DNA of 64,000 nucleotides from Geosiphon pyriformis uo1 (Eukaryota > Fungi > Glomeromycota), in the NCBI GenBank assembly GCA_016748015.1, contig JAAOMT010000324.1, positions 1-64,000 on the forward strand. Reading direction: 5' to 3'. Positions within the stretch are counted from its first letter, which is position 1, and each line of letters begins with the position of its first letter. Both the position numbers and the translations under genes were made by a program. Of this stretch, positions 24,176 through 35,520 are shown one piece after another. The notes below the pieces were generated by a model, which did not search any database, had not been told where the DNA came from, and worked only from the letters and a program-made list of their open reading frames with translations.

Positions 24176-26910
24176 TAACAGCACCATCATTTGTGATAGT
24201 GTTTGGATTTGCTGAGGTTGATAAATGATTTATGGCTATGGTTGATAAACAATAGGTGTTGGCATTTGATAAATGAGTGGTTGATAAATTGGCTACTGCA
24301 TTATTGATAGATAATTTGGTTGATATGGTTCTGAATTTGGTTAATAATTTGGAGTTTGAAACTGGCAATTGGAGTTTTGATATTAATTTTCTAATTATTG
24401 GTCATTTAAGTGGTTGTGACAGTTGATTTGTAAATATCTTTGTTTACTACAATAGTGGCAACTACATGTTTTAGTTTGCTATTGCTGATTGGTGGATAAT
24501 AATGGACATGACTGATGTTAAAAACAATTTGTATTTCTTTGATTATTGTGTCATTGTAGAAGTTAATAAATGGCTTGATTGTTAGCTAAGTATCTTTCTA
24601 ATTTCTGATTGATTGAGTTGCAGAATTGCTTTAACTTGGAATCCAAGTTAGATAATCTGTTCATTACTAAATTTACAGCTTGGGCATAGTTAGTTTTTAA
24701 TTCGGCAGCTTTAAAATCTCTGGCATGAGTGATTGCTGCTTGAAAGTTGGCAGAATATAGTAAATGTACATATTGTAAAATGCTGCTGCATAATCCACAG
24801 ATGAATTGATTCAAGATTTGGACTACAGTAAAATAATTGGTGTTGATGACTTGAATTTAGCATTGTTACAGGTGACAATTTCTAGTGTTGAATTAAATAC
24901 AAACCCATAATTTGGTGCTCAAAGCTATTTTTGTTGTTAATAATCTGAAGGTTTGGTATCTGAAGGTTTTGTATCTGAAGAGTTTGGTTGAGTTCTTTGT
25001 ATAATGGACAGAGATTCAATGGTGATAGTTTTATCTGTAGCTTTCTGAAACTGCAGTTTTGTCAATTTTTTTCTCAGCTTGATGGCCAGTATTCCTCCTG
25101 GTAAGCTATCCTCAATCGAGTGTTCTATCTTTATTTCTGGGTCTTTTACCAGTCATGTTTATCCTGATGTCAGTGCCCTGCACGTTAATCCTCAATAGAG
25201 TTAGTAAACAACAATAAAATCAAAGCAAAAAAATAAAAAAAAGAAAATAAAATAAAGAAAGAAAAGAAATAAGCCAAAATGATTTACAAGTTAGTATTCC
25301 GTCAATAGCTGTGATCAAGAGCTATTGTTCCAGTATGGTTAAGTATCAATTACTATCAACACTTCATGTTGATAGTGGAAATGGGTTTTGAGATAACAAA
25401 TAGTTATTAATTAGATGCTTGTAATTTGGAGAGTTGCTTAGATTAAATTTAAACTAAAAGATCCATCTTTTCAGCTTCTAATCTTGCTGCTATATATACA
25501 TAATTGAGATTCCTTAATTTCTTGATTCTTCACAACAGGAATCCTAGAATTTCTGGAATCCTGCAATTTCTCATCAAAGAATCCTGAAATTCCTGAAATC
25601 CTGCAATTCCTGAGAAGAATCCTGGAATTCCACATTTACTATGCTTACTTCTGATTGGTTAATAATTATGCTAATATATTTCCTATATTTCTATGAGTAA
25701 CAGCGTAAGTTTCTGTAGAAATGTCTTAGGTAAGTAATGACTGCTTCAGTTTTTCTTTGCTTGATGGTAATAAAAGTATTGGCTAAGTGATTAATACTAT
25801 TATTGTTGCTAAAATATCATAAAAATTCAAGCTTGAATGCATTAAAATCTTGAGGTTTGTTGGCCAAGCTTTAATACTACAAGTTGGCAGTATCCTGAAG
25901 GAAGTATGGAATAACTTGGAGTGCTCTGACATCATTCCATCCATTGGCTGCAATGGCTTTTTTTATATTATTCAGCCACACTTATATGTTATCTTCTTTG
26001 CCAGTGAATTTTTCAATTTTGGCAATTGGTACATATGCCATTAGTTGTTGTTGTGATGGTTGTAGAAGTGATTGTTGTGGTTGTTGTTGATATAATACCT
26101 GTGGCTGTTGAATTGGTTTAGCAATTAGTTTAATTGATAGCTAATTGATCACAATTACTGGAGGTAAGTGTTGTTGATTAATTATATTGGGGTTTAGATT
26201 GTTCTAATTTTCTGGAGTTTGAATATTCAGAGTTTTAACTTCTGGGTTTTTTACAATTGGGTTTTGATAATTAAATTCTTGATTGTTATTTTCCTCTTTT
26301 TCTGATTTAGTTACTTCTCAAGGACTTATGGTTTCAAAATCTGGTAAAGGTAGTGGTGATCAAAATTCTAATGGTGTTAGTAATCATAATTTAAATCTTT
26401 CAAAATAATCATTATAGGTTCTCAATAAGTCAATCTTTGATTGTTTATTTTAAAATAGTATTTGGGCCAATGGTGTTTTTGCATTTGATGTAGACACACC
26501 TGTTGATAAGATTCTACTTTTGTTTTCTTTTAAGTGGGTGGTTGTATTCTCTAAGATGTTACTGCTAATGTTTGTAATTTCTTTTTGCTCTTGTTTACAT
26601 AGGTAATTAAATATTTTTGTTGAGTGTGATTTTTAATTTTCCAATTAATTTTAGTGAGGATTGTTGTAAAATTATAATTTACTGGTAAGCTGGTATTTTG
26701 AATTAATTCATTGTAAAAATTTCCTCTTGTTGAGTTGGTTTTTATTGGTACTCCTAGCAAATATAAGATTTTTTTATTAACATAGAAATTGAAGACTGAT
26801 TCTGCTGATAGATGATTGTTGGTTAATTCCAAGTGTTGACAGTAATATTGAAATAAGGATTTGGCAAATTCTAAATAGTTTGTCCCTATTTTTTCTGGTT
26901 CTGCCACTTT
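24176..26910 (-). pseudogene. gag: gag of element A (N-terminal helical region, capsid, knuckle, S/T-rich tail), split by a solo LTR
   Basis: ORFs 26551-26907 and 24563-24814 are homologous to 62368-62577 and 63680-63934. The capsid starts MAYVPIAKIEKFTGKED at ~26040. Knuckle CHYCSKQRYLQINC at ~24420-24462. Confidence 0.85.
24864..25702 (-). repeat. Solo LTR with TSD GCAT/GCGT
   Basis: TGTTAC..GTAACA termini, flanked by GCAT at 24860-24863 and GCGT at 25703-25706. Same family as 8512-9341. Confidence 0.93.
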
Positions 26911-26970
26911 TAGATGATTGTTTGTTGGTGCTGGTTTTCTGTAGAATTATACTTCACAGAAGGCACCAAA

Positions 26971-27388
26971 TGTTACAAATAATTATTTGGAGTCTCAAAT
27001 CAAATAACAAACTCATAACTTGGTGCTCAATAGTTAATCTGTTTGGTAATATCTAAAAATTTTTTGTGATTTAAAGGTTTTAGGTTGAGTTTTTTGTATA
27101 ATGAACAGAGATTTAATGGTGTGCAAGTTTTTGTGTGACCAATTTCTTTCTTCAGCTTGGTGGCCAGTTTATTCTGGCAGTTATGCCTTTTTGGTAAGCT
27201 ATCCAAATTTTTATTCTGTACCTTTTTATTTGGGTCTTTTACCAGACTATCTGTGATGTTAATAACTTAACACTTAATTTTTAATCAATTAGTTAACAAC
27301 AAAAAATAAATAAAATAAATAAAATAAAGAGAAAAAAATAAAGAAAATTAAGCCAAGGCAATAAATTTAGTATCTTGTCAATAGTCAT
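26971..27388 (-). repeat. Partial 5' LTR of element A with adjacent PBS (26952-26968)
   Basis: On the minus strand it ends TGTAACA, followed by tttggtgccttctgtgaag. It is interrupted at 27389 by element B. Confidence 0.88.
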
Positions 27389-28410
27389 TGTTATAAGTAA
27401 ACTTGGTAAAATAGAGAAATGGTAATATTTGGTGCTCTCAATTATCAATGATGTATTTTTCACATAATTCTGTTGGTTATTAGTCTCTGAAAGTCTTATT
27501 TTACTGGTTGTGATTTTATCTGTTAAATTCTTTGGTTATAAGACACAGAGATTTGGCTTTTGCTGATTGCAACTTCTTATAAATGTGAGCTATTTTCTCT
27601 GAGCTAATGAGTGCAGTTATTAGGGTCCAGTGTTGTCTTTTCACCCTTCTAGTAAGCTAACAAAATAATGTTAATATCCAAAATTTAGTGAGAACTTTTT
27701 TTTTTTACCAGGCTATCACAAAGTTTATTCCCAGATAATTGATTTTACTATGTTGTTGCTTCACAAGAAAAAATAAATAAAAATAAAAATAAAAATAAAA
27801 ATAAAAGAAAAAAAAATGAATTAATATTATCAATCACTGTGATCAAAAGCAATTGGTCTAGATCATTAATGATTCAAGATGGTTATGCTAAGAGCATCTG
27901 TTCTGGAATGAAGATATAAAACAATAGTTAATTCATGTAAATTTCACAAAGTTCAAGAACAGGAATTTGTGATTCTGATTTTTCAATAATTGATTTATTT
28001 TAAAAGATGAATATGGAATAAAATAAATGATGGTAGAAGTAAGAATATTTTATTCTTGTCTAGTGGTTCATATTTAAATGTCTCTCTTTCTAACTTCTTT
28101 AACTACTCATTTGTATATATTCTTTTAGTTTTACAGAATTGTTTCTGATTGTTTTATTATTGCTAATTATTGCTTTGCTATTTCTGTAATTGCTTTGTTT
28201 TTCTATATTATTACTAGTTATCTTATGTTATAACATGTTATTTGGTATTATTATATATTATTTTGTGTTATAACACATTATTCTGCATTATTCTAAGTTA
28301 TAACATATTATCCAATATTATCGCACACTATTCTGTATTATGTCATGTTTTGGTCATGTTTTGGTTACATTTTTTCATAACTTTGGATCAGTCTTTTTAC
28401 TTGGGTAACA
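27389..28410 (-). repeat. 3' LTR of element B (same family as 57872-58910)
   Basis: TGTTAC..TAACA termini, with a U3 array of ataacacagaat-like units. Confidence 0.9.
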
Positions 28411-29005
28411 TTATTTCTCTCTTTTTAGAATTGAGCTCCTGCAAAATTATATGTATCTGTTATTATGGCTTTGTTCATATAGTGTTTGATGGTTGTCTTG
28501 AGTATTGTTCTTCATAGGTTTTTAAACTGTCAATTGGTTATTTGTCCTATGTTTTTAACTGTTATCATCTTTATAGATTCATACAACAGTATATTTGGAC
28601 AATGTTGGAAAGCAGTATATAGTCAGTATGCTGCTTTGTAATATAAGATTAGGTTGTTTTTCTCTACAAATTTTTCTACTTGTTGTATTGCTTCTTTGTT
28701 AAAAGTTTTTTGGCTAAGATCTCCATATAGTGTTTTCAAATTTAGTTGTTTACCAATTTTGTAAAACCAATATGTTGGTAAAAGTTTCTCTTTTTATTTT
28801 TGGGTGTTGTTTAATGTTTATTTCTCTGTTTTAAGAAAATTAATCTTATGAACTAAAGCTTCTTTTATTTCTTTGAGCTCGGAAACCAGGTATTTTTTAT
28901 AAACTTCTTTTATTCCTGATTCCACCCAAGAGGAATCTTTTCTCCAATTTTTCCTCTCAGATGTTGCATAAAGATGGGACTGTTTAGTTTTATTTGAACT
29001 CTTGC

Positions 29006-29976
29006 TGTTACCAAAGGTTTTTGGTCTCTTTTCTTGAATGTTGTTACTGTTTGTCTGTTGCTAATTTTATATTTTTTGGAAGCAATTGAACCTCCAATAA
29101 CTGAATTTATCTTCAAATTATCTTTTATAATTTGAACTGCTGGGCTTATAAGTAGAATGGCCAATTCCATATCAGTTACTTTATGTAGTTATATTGTAGT
29201 AAATGTCAACTCTTTCCCAGAAATTGCTCATCTGAAAGCTTATTAAAATTGTGTAGTTACTTTGCTATGAAAGTCAACTTTTCTACAGGAATCTTATCTG
29301 TAGGCTATCTTAATAATTATAATAAAAAAAATAAAGAAAACAAAAGAAATATAACAGAAATGGAATTCTAACAAGGGAAACGTTTTCTATCCAGGCCTAA
29401 AGTTACTAACAGATCACTAAAATTGGTAGCTAATCAATTTCAAAATGTTAGTTGTGTTGAGGAAATTTCAAGTGTAATAATCAAAAAATTTGGTTTTCGA
29501 ATATTTAATTTTTATTTGAATGTGTAAAAAGTAATTTGTTCCAATTAAGATATCTAAAATAAAATACTATGATAAGATACTATGAGAAGATACATTTTTT
29601 TAAAGAGAAAAGCTCTTCTTTTATACAATTTGTTGTAGTACTAGTCTTTAAACTTGTACTTTTCTCTTTGCTATAATTTGGGTAAACTAAAGATATATTT
29701 TGGCAAACTACAAGTTATTTCACTGAACTATTGATTATTTCGGCCAATTTTCATTAATTTCGGCGAATTTTGGCTATGTTAAATGATTCAAAGTATTGTG
29801 TAATTTAATTATCTTAATTTCTATAATACAAATCGGATTATTGATTGTGTAATAATATTTGATAATTTGATTAAATAATAAGTGATAATCGAAATACTAA
29901 TAATATATGCTAATTAATAATAGGAATTATGAGAGTAATTTTATGCTAATTAATAGCTAAAATTTTATTGGTAACA
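29006..29976 (-). repeat. Solo LTR with TSD TTGC, inserted in ORF3 of element B
   Basis: TGTTACC..GGTAACA termini, with TTGC at 29002-29005 and 29977-29980. Homologous to 47782-48709. Confidence 0.92.
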
Positions 29977-32900
29977 TTGCCCTTTTCTTTTCTACTCCTA
30001 TCTTTATATCATATCTTTTTTCTATCAATTGTCACTTCTATTTGAGCAAAAAATTGTTGAATTGTATCAAATAGTTGTTTCAAAAGTTGTTGAATTTGAT
30101 TTAACAAATCTATATTGAAAGTTCTATTGTTTCTTACTGCTTTTTGGATACTATATATATTTGAATTCCTTAATTTAATTTGTTGCACATTGTTTACAAT
30201 ACAATGACAATAATTGGTTTCAGATCTTGTGATATATCTTTTGGTCTGATTAATGAAATTTGTGTTCCTAGTTAAGATACTAATAATGATGATTTTTGTT
30301 TTACATGATAAATTTTTAACCAATTTCCATGCATTACTTTCTTTAGAATCCTGTCTTCCAATCATAATTTGTAAGCTTCATTGCCTAAAACTTTGTATAC
30401 ATGGAATGGACCATTCCACTTTGGGTTGAACTTTCCATTCCATTGTTTTTCAGCTTTTGTACAATATAACAGTACTTGGTTTCCAATCTTAAATTTCATT
30501 GATTGTTCAGATAGGCATTTATTATATCTTTCTTTTTGTTGTTCTTAAGTATTACTAATGTTGTCAGCTGCTGTTTTACAATTATTTTCTAATATTTTTA
30601 TAAGCTGGTATGTCCTATGGTATAAGATTACTTCAAAATTCTCTTCAGTGATAGCTTCTGTTAGATACAACTGTATTTTTTTTTAATAAGTAGAGTGGCT
30701 TTTTTTTATAGACTAATTCGAATGATGTGAATTAAGTCATATATTATGTTTTAGTATTTGGTATGCAAAGAGTACAAAAAATATGAATAAGTCCCATTCT
30801 TGTTTATTTTTATGACTTATTTTTGCTAATGCTTCACACAGTGTTCGGTTAAATTGTTCTATCAATCTATTTATTTGTGAGTAATATAGTGATGATAAAG
30901 ACCATTTTATTCCAAATCATTAACTTAATTTGGTTAATGTATTATTGATAAAATGCATTTCTTGATCACATAGCAGTTCTTTTGGACATCTATGTCTACA
31001 AATCAGATCTTGGTATACAAACTCAGCTACTGTTTTTAGTATCTGCTACTTAAATGGCTCTGGCTTTTGGCCATTTTGTCAAATAGTTTACAGCTATAGT
31101 AATATAACAATTTCCTTTAGATTTTATGAAGAGAGGACCAACTAAATTAATTCCAATTCTATCAAATGGATTTCTAATTAGAATGAATCAAAGTGGTTCT
31201 GTTGTTCTGGCTCTTTCTTTTTACTAATATGAGTTATAATTGAGCATGTATTCAAAAATGTCTTTGTATATTATTGGCCAATAGTATAAATTTAGGGTTC
31301 TCTTAAGAGTAGCATTTTTGTTAAAGTGTTTTGTAGTTGGATCCAAATACATACTATATAATATAGTTTCCTTTTTATTGTTTTTGATAACTTATTATAG
31401 AGTGGAGTGGTTTCATTGTTTTTGTCAATATAATTGGTTGTCTTAAATAAAATAATTTTAGACTTGTTTTCATATGGTACTCTGTTCCTGTTGAAATAAT
31501 ATTTCCTTGAAATGTAGTGTCAATAGGTACTGATGTAGTCAGTGATAATTGGTTGTGTTTATGAGTCTGGAATTAGGTTTGTGGCATTCTCAACAAACTG
31601 TTGGTATTGGTGTTTTTGGATCTTTTCTTGTAATGAACTTTGAGTAGAAATTGTTGTAAATAAGTACTTCATCTTGCATATTTTCTCTCTAGTTGTGGAT
31701 TGTTAAATAATCAAACAAGTTTTTTATGATCAGTATATAAATTAAAGAGCAAACTGAGATAATGTCTCCATGTCTGTATGGCCCAATAAATAATAAAACA
31801 TTCCAAATTTGTTGTGTTGTAATTTTTTTCTGCTGGGCTAGTGCTGTGACTGGCATAGACAATTGGATGTTCTTTATTGTCTAGTCTTAGTTGTGATAAG
31901 ACTGCTTCTAAAGCATTTTTCGAAATGTCTGTAGTAATAATAAACTGTTTAGTAAAATTTGGGTAAATTAGGATTGGGAATGTGATTAATCACTGCTTAA
32001 GATAGTCAAATGCTTTTTGTTGGTCTTTTTTCTATAAATACTGTACATATTTAGACAACAACTGGTAAAATGGTTTTGTAATAGTCAAGAATTCTTTAAC
32101 AAATTGTCAATAGTATCCTGCCAATCCTAAAAATCCTTGTAATTCTCTGAAATTGATTGGAGCTGGAAAATTTTTAACTTTTTGAATCTTATCTGGATTA
32201 GATTTGACTTTGTTTTTGCTAATTACATGTCCTAGAAATTTTAATTTAGTCTTTCTAAAGAAGCATTTATCAGGATTAAGTTTCAATTTGGCATTATAAA
32301 GGTATTTGAAGACTTGCTAAAGATAAAGCAAGTAGTCATCAAATGTTTTCGAGAAGATGTTGATGTCATCTAAGTATATTATAACTGATTTCTACAAGAT
32401 TCCTTTATACATAATATTCATAAGATGTTGGAAGGTAATGGGAGCATTGCAAAATTCAAAGGGCATCACATTGAAATTGAAGTTTCTATCTTGGATGGTA
32501 AACACTATTTTTCCTTTGTCTTTAGGATCTATTTTAACCTGTTAATATCCACTGGCTAAATCTAATGACAAGAACCATTTTTTGTTTCCTAAATTGTTCA
32601 GAATTTCTTAAATAAGAGGTATAAAATAACTATCTTCTTAGATAATGCTATTTAGCTTTCAGTAGTCTACACAGAATCTTATTTTCCCGTTTTTCTTAGT
32701 GATCAGAACCACTGAAAAAGACCAAAGGCTTAATAATTCTTTAATCAAGCCATTGTTGAGCATTTGTTGTATTTTTTGTTTAATTAGATTATCACCAGAT
32801 AAGAGCACTTGATAGGTCTGCTGTTTAATAGGTTGTATATCTTCTGTATTAATCTGATGCTTCATAATGTCAGTGCATCCAAACTCATTTTCACTGGCAA

Positions 32901-33409
32901 AGACATTGGCATATTAATTTAAGAGAATCTTAAGTTGAATTTGCTAAAGAGTATTCAGGTTTTTCAAATATAGTTTGTTGATTTCTTTTAGCATGAACAG
33001 GTAACTTTCTTTTGGCAAGTTCTATACTTGTGAGGTAATATCACAAAATAAAAATAGCTGTACAAAGTCTGAAATAGGTTGGGGTTTTTTGGAATATTAA
33101 ATATCTGGTAAGATTGAACCAACAAAAGTCTCTTCAGAGATTTAAATAACATTTTTTGTAGGGTTGTGAATGGAGATTTTGAAGTGTTTATAAGCTTTGG
33201 CTAGTAGGTATAAGTTAGCAATATCAGCTAGGGAACAGATTTTAGAACCAGTTTCAAATAATAAGGCTTGATCTTGAATCTTTCAATTTACTTTAAGAAT
33301 GTATTGTTAATATAGAGAGATGGAGATAACTGTGTCAGTATAGATATGTTCTATCTGGTCACTGTTTTCTTTTGTGAAGTTGACTGATACATTTACTTTT
33401 CTACTTGAT

Positions 33410-33810
33410 TTAAATCCATTGATTTTTTGGACAATAAAACCTAATTCTTTTTGGGTTGTTATCAGAGTTAATTGGGGTATTTTGATTAGGGATAAGAAGA
33501 TAGCTTAGGCAATCTTTTTTTGTGATTTTATTTTGTATAATTTGTCTGAATTGTTCTGTAGTATTATGATGATGTTTTCTATATAACTGGCATCAATGAT
33601 TTTTTCCTTTATGTCGATTTCTTTCTTGGCTAAACTAGATTGAAAGGCAATTTGTACTATTGTATTAACAAAATTTCTAATACTATCTTAAGATCTATTA
33701 TTACAAGGGAATGTGAGGCTATAACTATAAATAATTGTCCAGAGTATTATAGGTCAAAACCAGCATTGGTATTATGTGCTCTTTTGAAACAGATTTTTTT
33801 CTTATTGTTA
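33410..33810 (-). pseudogene. dut: dUTPase domain within pol of element B
   Basis: RAHNTNAGFDL*Y...VQIAFQSSLAKKEIDIKEKIIDASYIENI...KKIA*AIF...VQKINGFKS (one frameshift). All five dUTPase motifs are present in decayed form. Confidence 0.88.
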
Positions 33811-35520
33811 CTGTACTATTTTAATTTTAATTCTTTGAAGAGATCTAGATAAGTGAGATACTGTTCTGTTTTGGTATCTTTAGTTGAATCTTAAAATAAC
33901 ATGTTTTCAGTAATTAATTCCTTTTCTATCTCAGGCTCAGATAATTTGGTAATTGAATATAGTTTTTTTGGAAACAGGTTGAACATGAAATCATATTTAT
34001 CACAATACTGAAAGTGACAAAGAATCAAACAATAGTTGCACAGTTTTGTGTTTAGGTTAGCTAACTGTTGTTCTTGCTTTTCTTAGATCAGGGCCAATTC
34101 TTAGTATTGATTTTGAAATGTGTCTAGATCATCTGTGAAGAAATCTTCTGTGATGTAGTCAGGTTTATCATATTTTAATGTAAACAGATTTTTTTTGATT
34201 TCTCATATTTTACCAAGTGTGACACCTTCAGCTTTAACACTCACCATTCTTTATATTTTATGTTCATCATGCAAGTAATTGTCTAATCTACTAAGTGCTC
34301 ATCTCTAAGCATTCTTGATCAGTATTTTTTTTTGTATCCAATCATTGATTAAAATAGTGTATTGACATGCTTTATTACATGTTTTTCCTCTGCCAGGAAC
34401 ATTATTCTATAGTTCTTCATCTGGCAGAATCTTGTTACAGGCAAAACATAGTGTATTGTTTCATTTATCTTGTCATTTTGGTTTGCCAAATTTTTCCAAT
34501 ACACAAGGTCTGTAGTAATGTTTGGTGGCAGTTGGCCATTCTTTGTTATCTTCAATATATGCACTTATAGAAAACAACTTTTTTCCACAGTCAACATAAA
34601 TTAATTTTGGGGTTTGATACTATTGACTTCTTTGACTTGGGATGAGATAGTCTGCAGATGCCAATTGTAGTTTTTCTTCTGCTTTTCTTTTGTCTTTTTC
34701 TTTCCAAGTTGGTAGTAGAAGTAACTCTGTTCAGTAATTATCAGCCCAAAAAACTTGATAGGTCTCTATTGTTAATAGTGGTATTGAGTCTTCAAATTCA
34801 ATTAGTGGTTTTTCTGGGCTTTAAGCTTTGAAGTATTCACATATAGCTAAAACTCATGTGTACTGTCTGTTAAAGATAATCTGTAGTTTTTGTGTGTTCT
34901 AGTCAATGGTAGCATTAGCTTTGGCTAATCAATTATTTCTTATAAAGGCTTGATATTGGGTGGTCTCTATAATAAACACTTTAATAGGAATTTGAATTCT
35001 GTTAATTTCAAAAGAAAAGTTGTCAATTTTTCTTATTAGGGTTTTAGTATTTCTGTCTGCAGTTATGATTTAGATAGTAGCTGTATGGTTTATTTAGTAA
35101 CCTAGTTAATCTATAAGTTGCTTCATGATTATACTACCTGCTGATCTACTATTAAGAATCAATTTAATATTTATGTTTTCAACTCTAGTATCAATATACA
35201 AAACAGTTATTGAATTTGAACAGCTTTGGTTTAGCATCTTAATTTTTATATGCTTGTAAATTCTACTAGCAAAGCTATAGCTAATCTTAAGATTTATATA
35301 ATAAAAACTGTTTATAGAAAACTTTTAATTGCTGTTTATAAGAAACTATATAACAAATTATATTCAGATGTTTTTTGCTTATTTTTATTTATTTATTTAT
35401 TTATTTAACGAATAAGGTCCAAACACTACTTAGAACTATACATCAAAGAAATAATCTAAACTAAGCATGAATCATGTGTTTTCTACACATGACCAGCCAC
35501 TCGAGCCAGTCAAAACAATA

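Larger units (their letters stand above)
7148..27388 (-). mobile_element. Gypsy element A (gag-PR-Cys-rich-dUTPase-RT-RNaseH-IN-ORF3), carrying nested insertions; 5' LTR interrupted at 27388
   Basis: 3' LTR 7148-8032, PPT 8033-8048, partial 5' LTR 26971-27388 colinear with 7148-7566, and PBS 26952-26968. Domain order is continuous once the nested inserts are removed. Confidence 0.85.
27389..35210 (-). mobile_element. Gypsy element B, 5'-truncated (PR-Cys-rich-dUTPase-RT-RH-IN-ORF3-3' LTR)
   Basis: 3' LTR 27389-28410 preceded by the PPT aaaaagagagaaataa. RT VIIYLDDINIFSK at ~32350-32385 and KIRFCVDY; protease LILNSRSAGSII at ~35130-35165; integrase WNGPFHV at ~30400-30420. Confidence 0.9.

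Noticed and set aside
29977-29998. Purine run next to LTR 29006-29976 read as its PPT
   Set aside because: The perfect TTGC duplication and continuity of element B ORF3 across it indicate a solo LTR. The purine run is ORF3 sequence.
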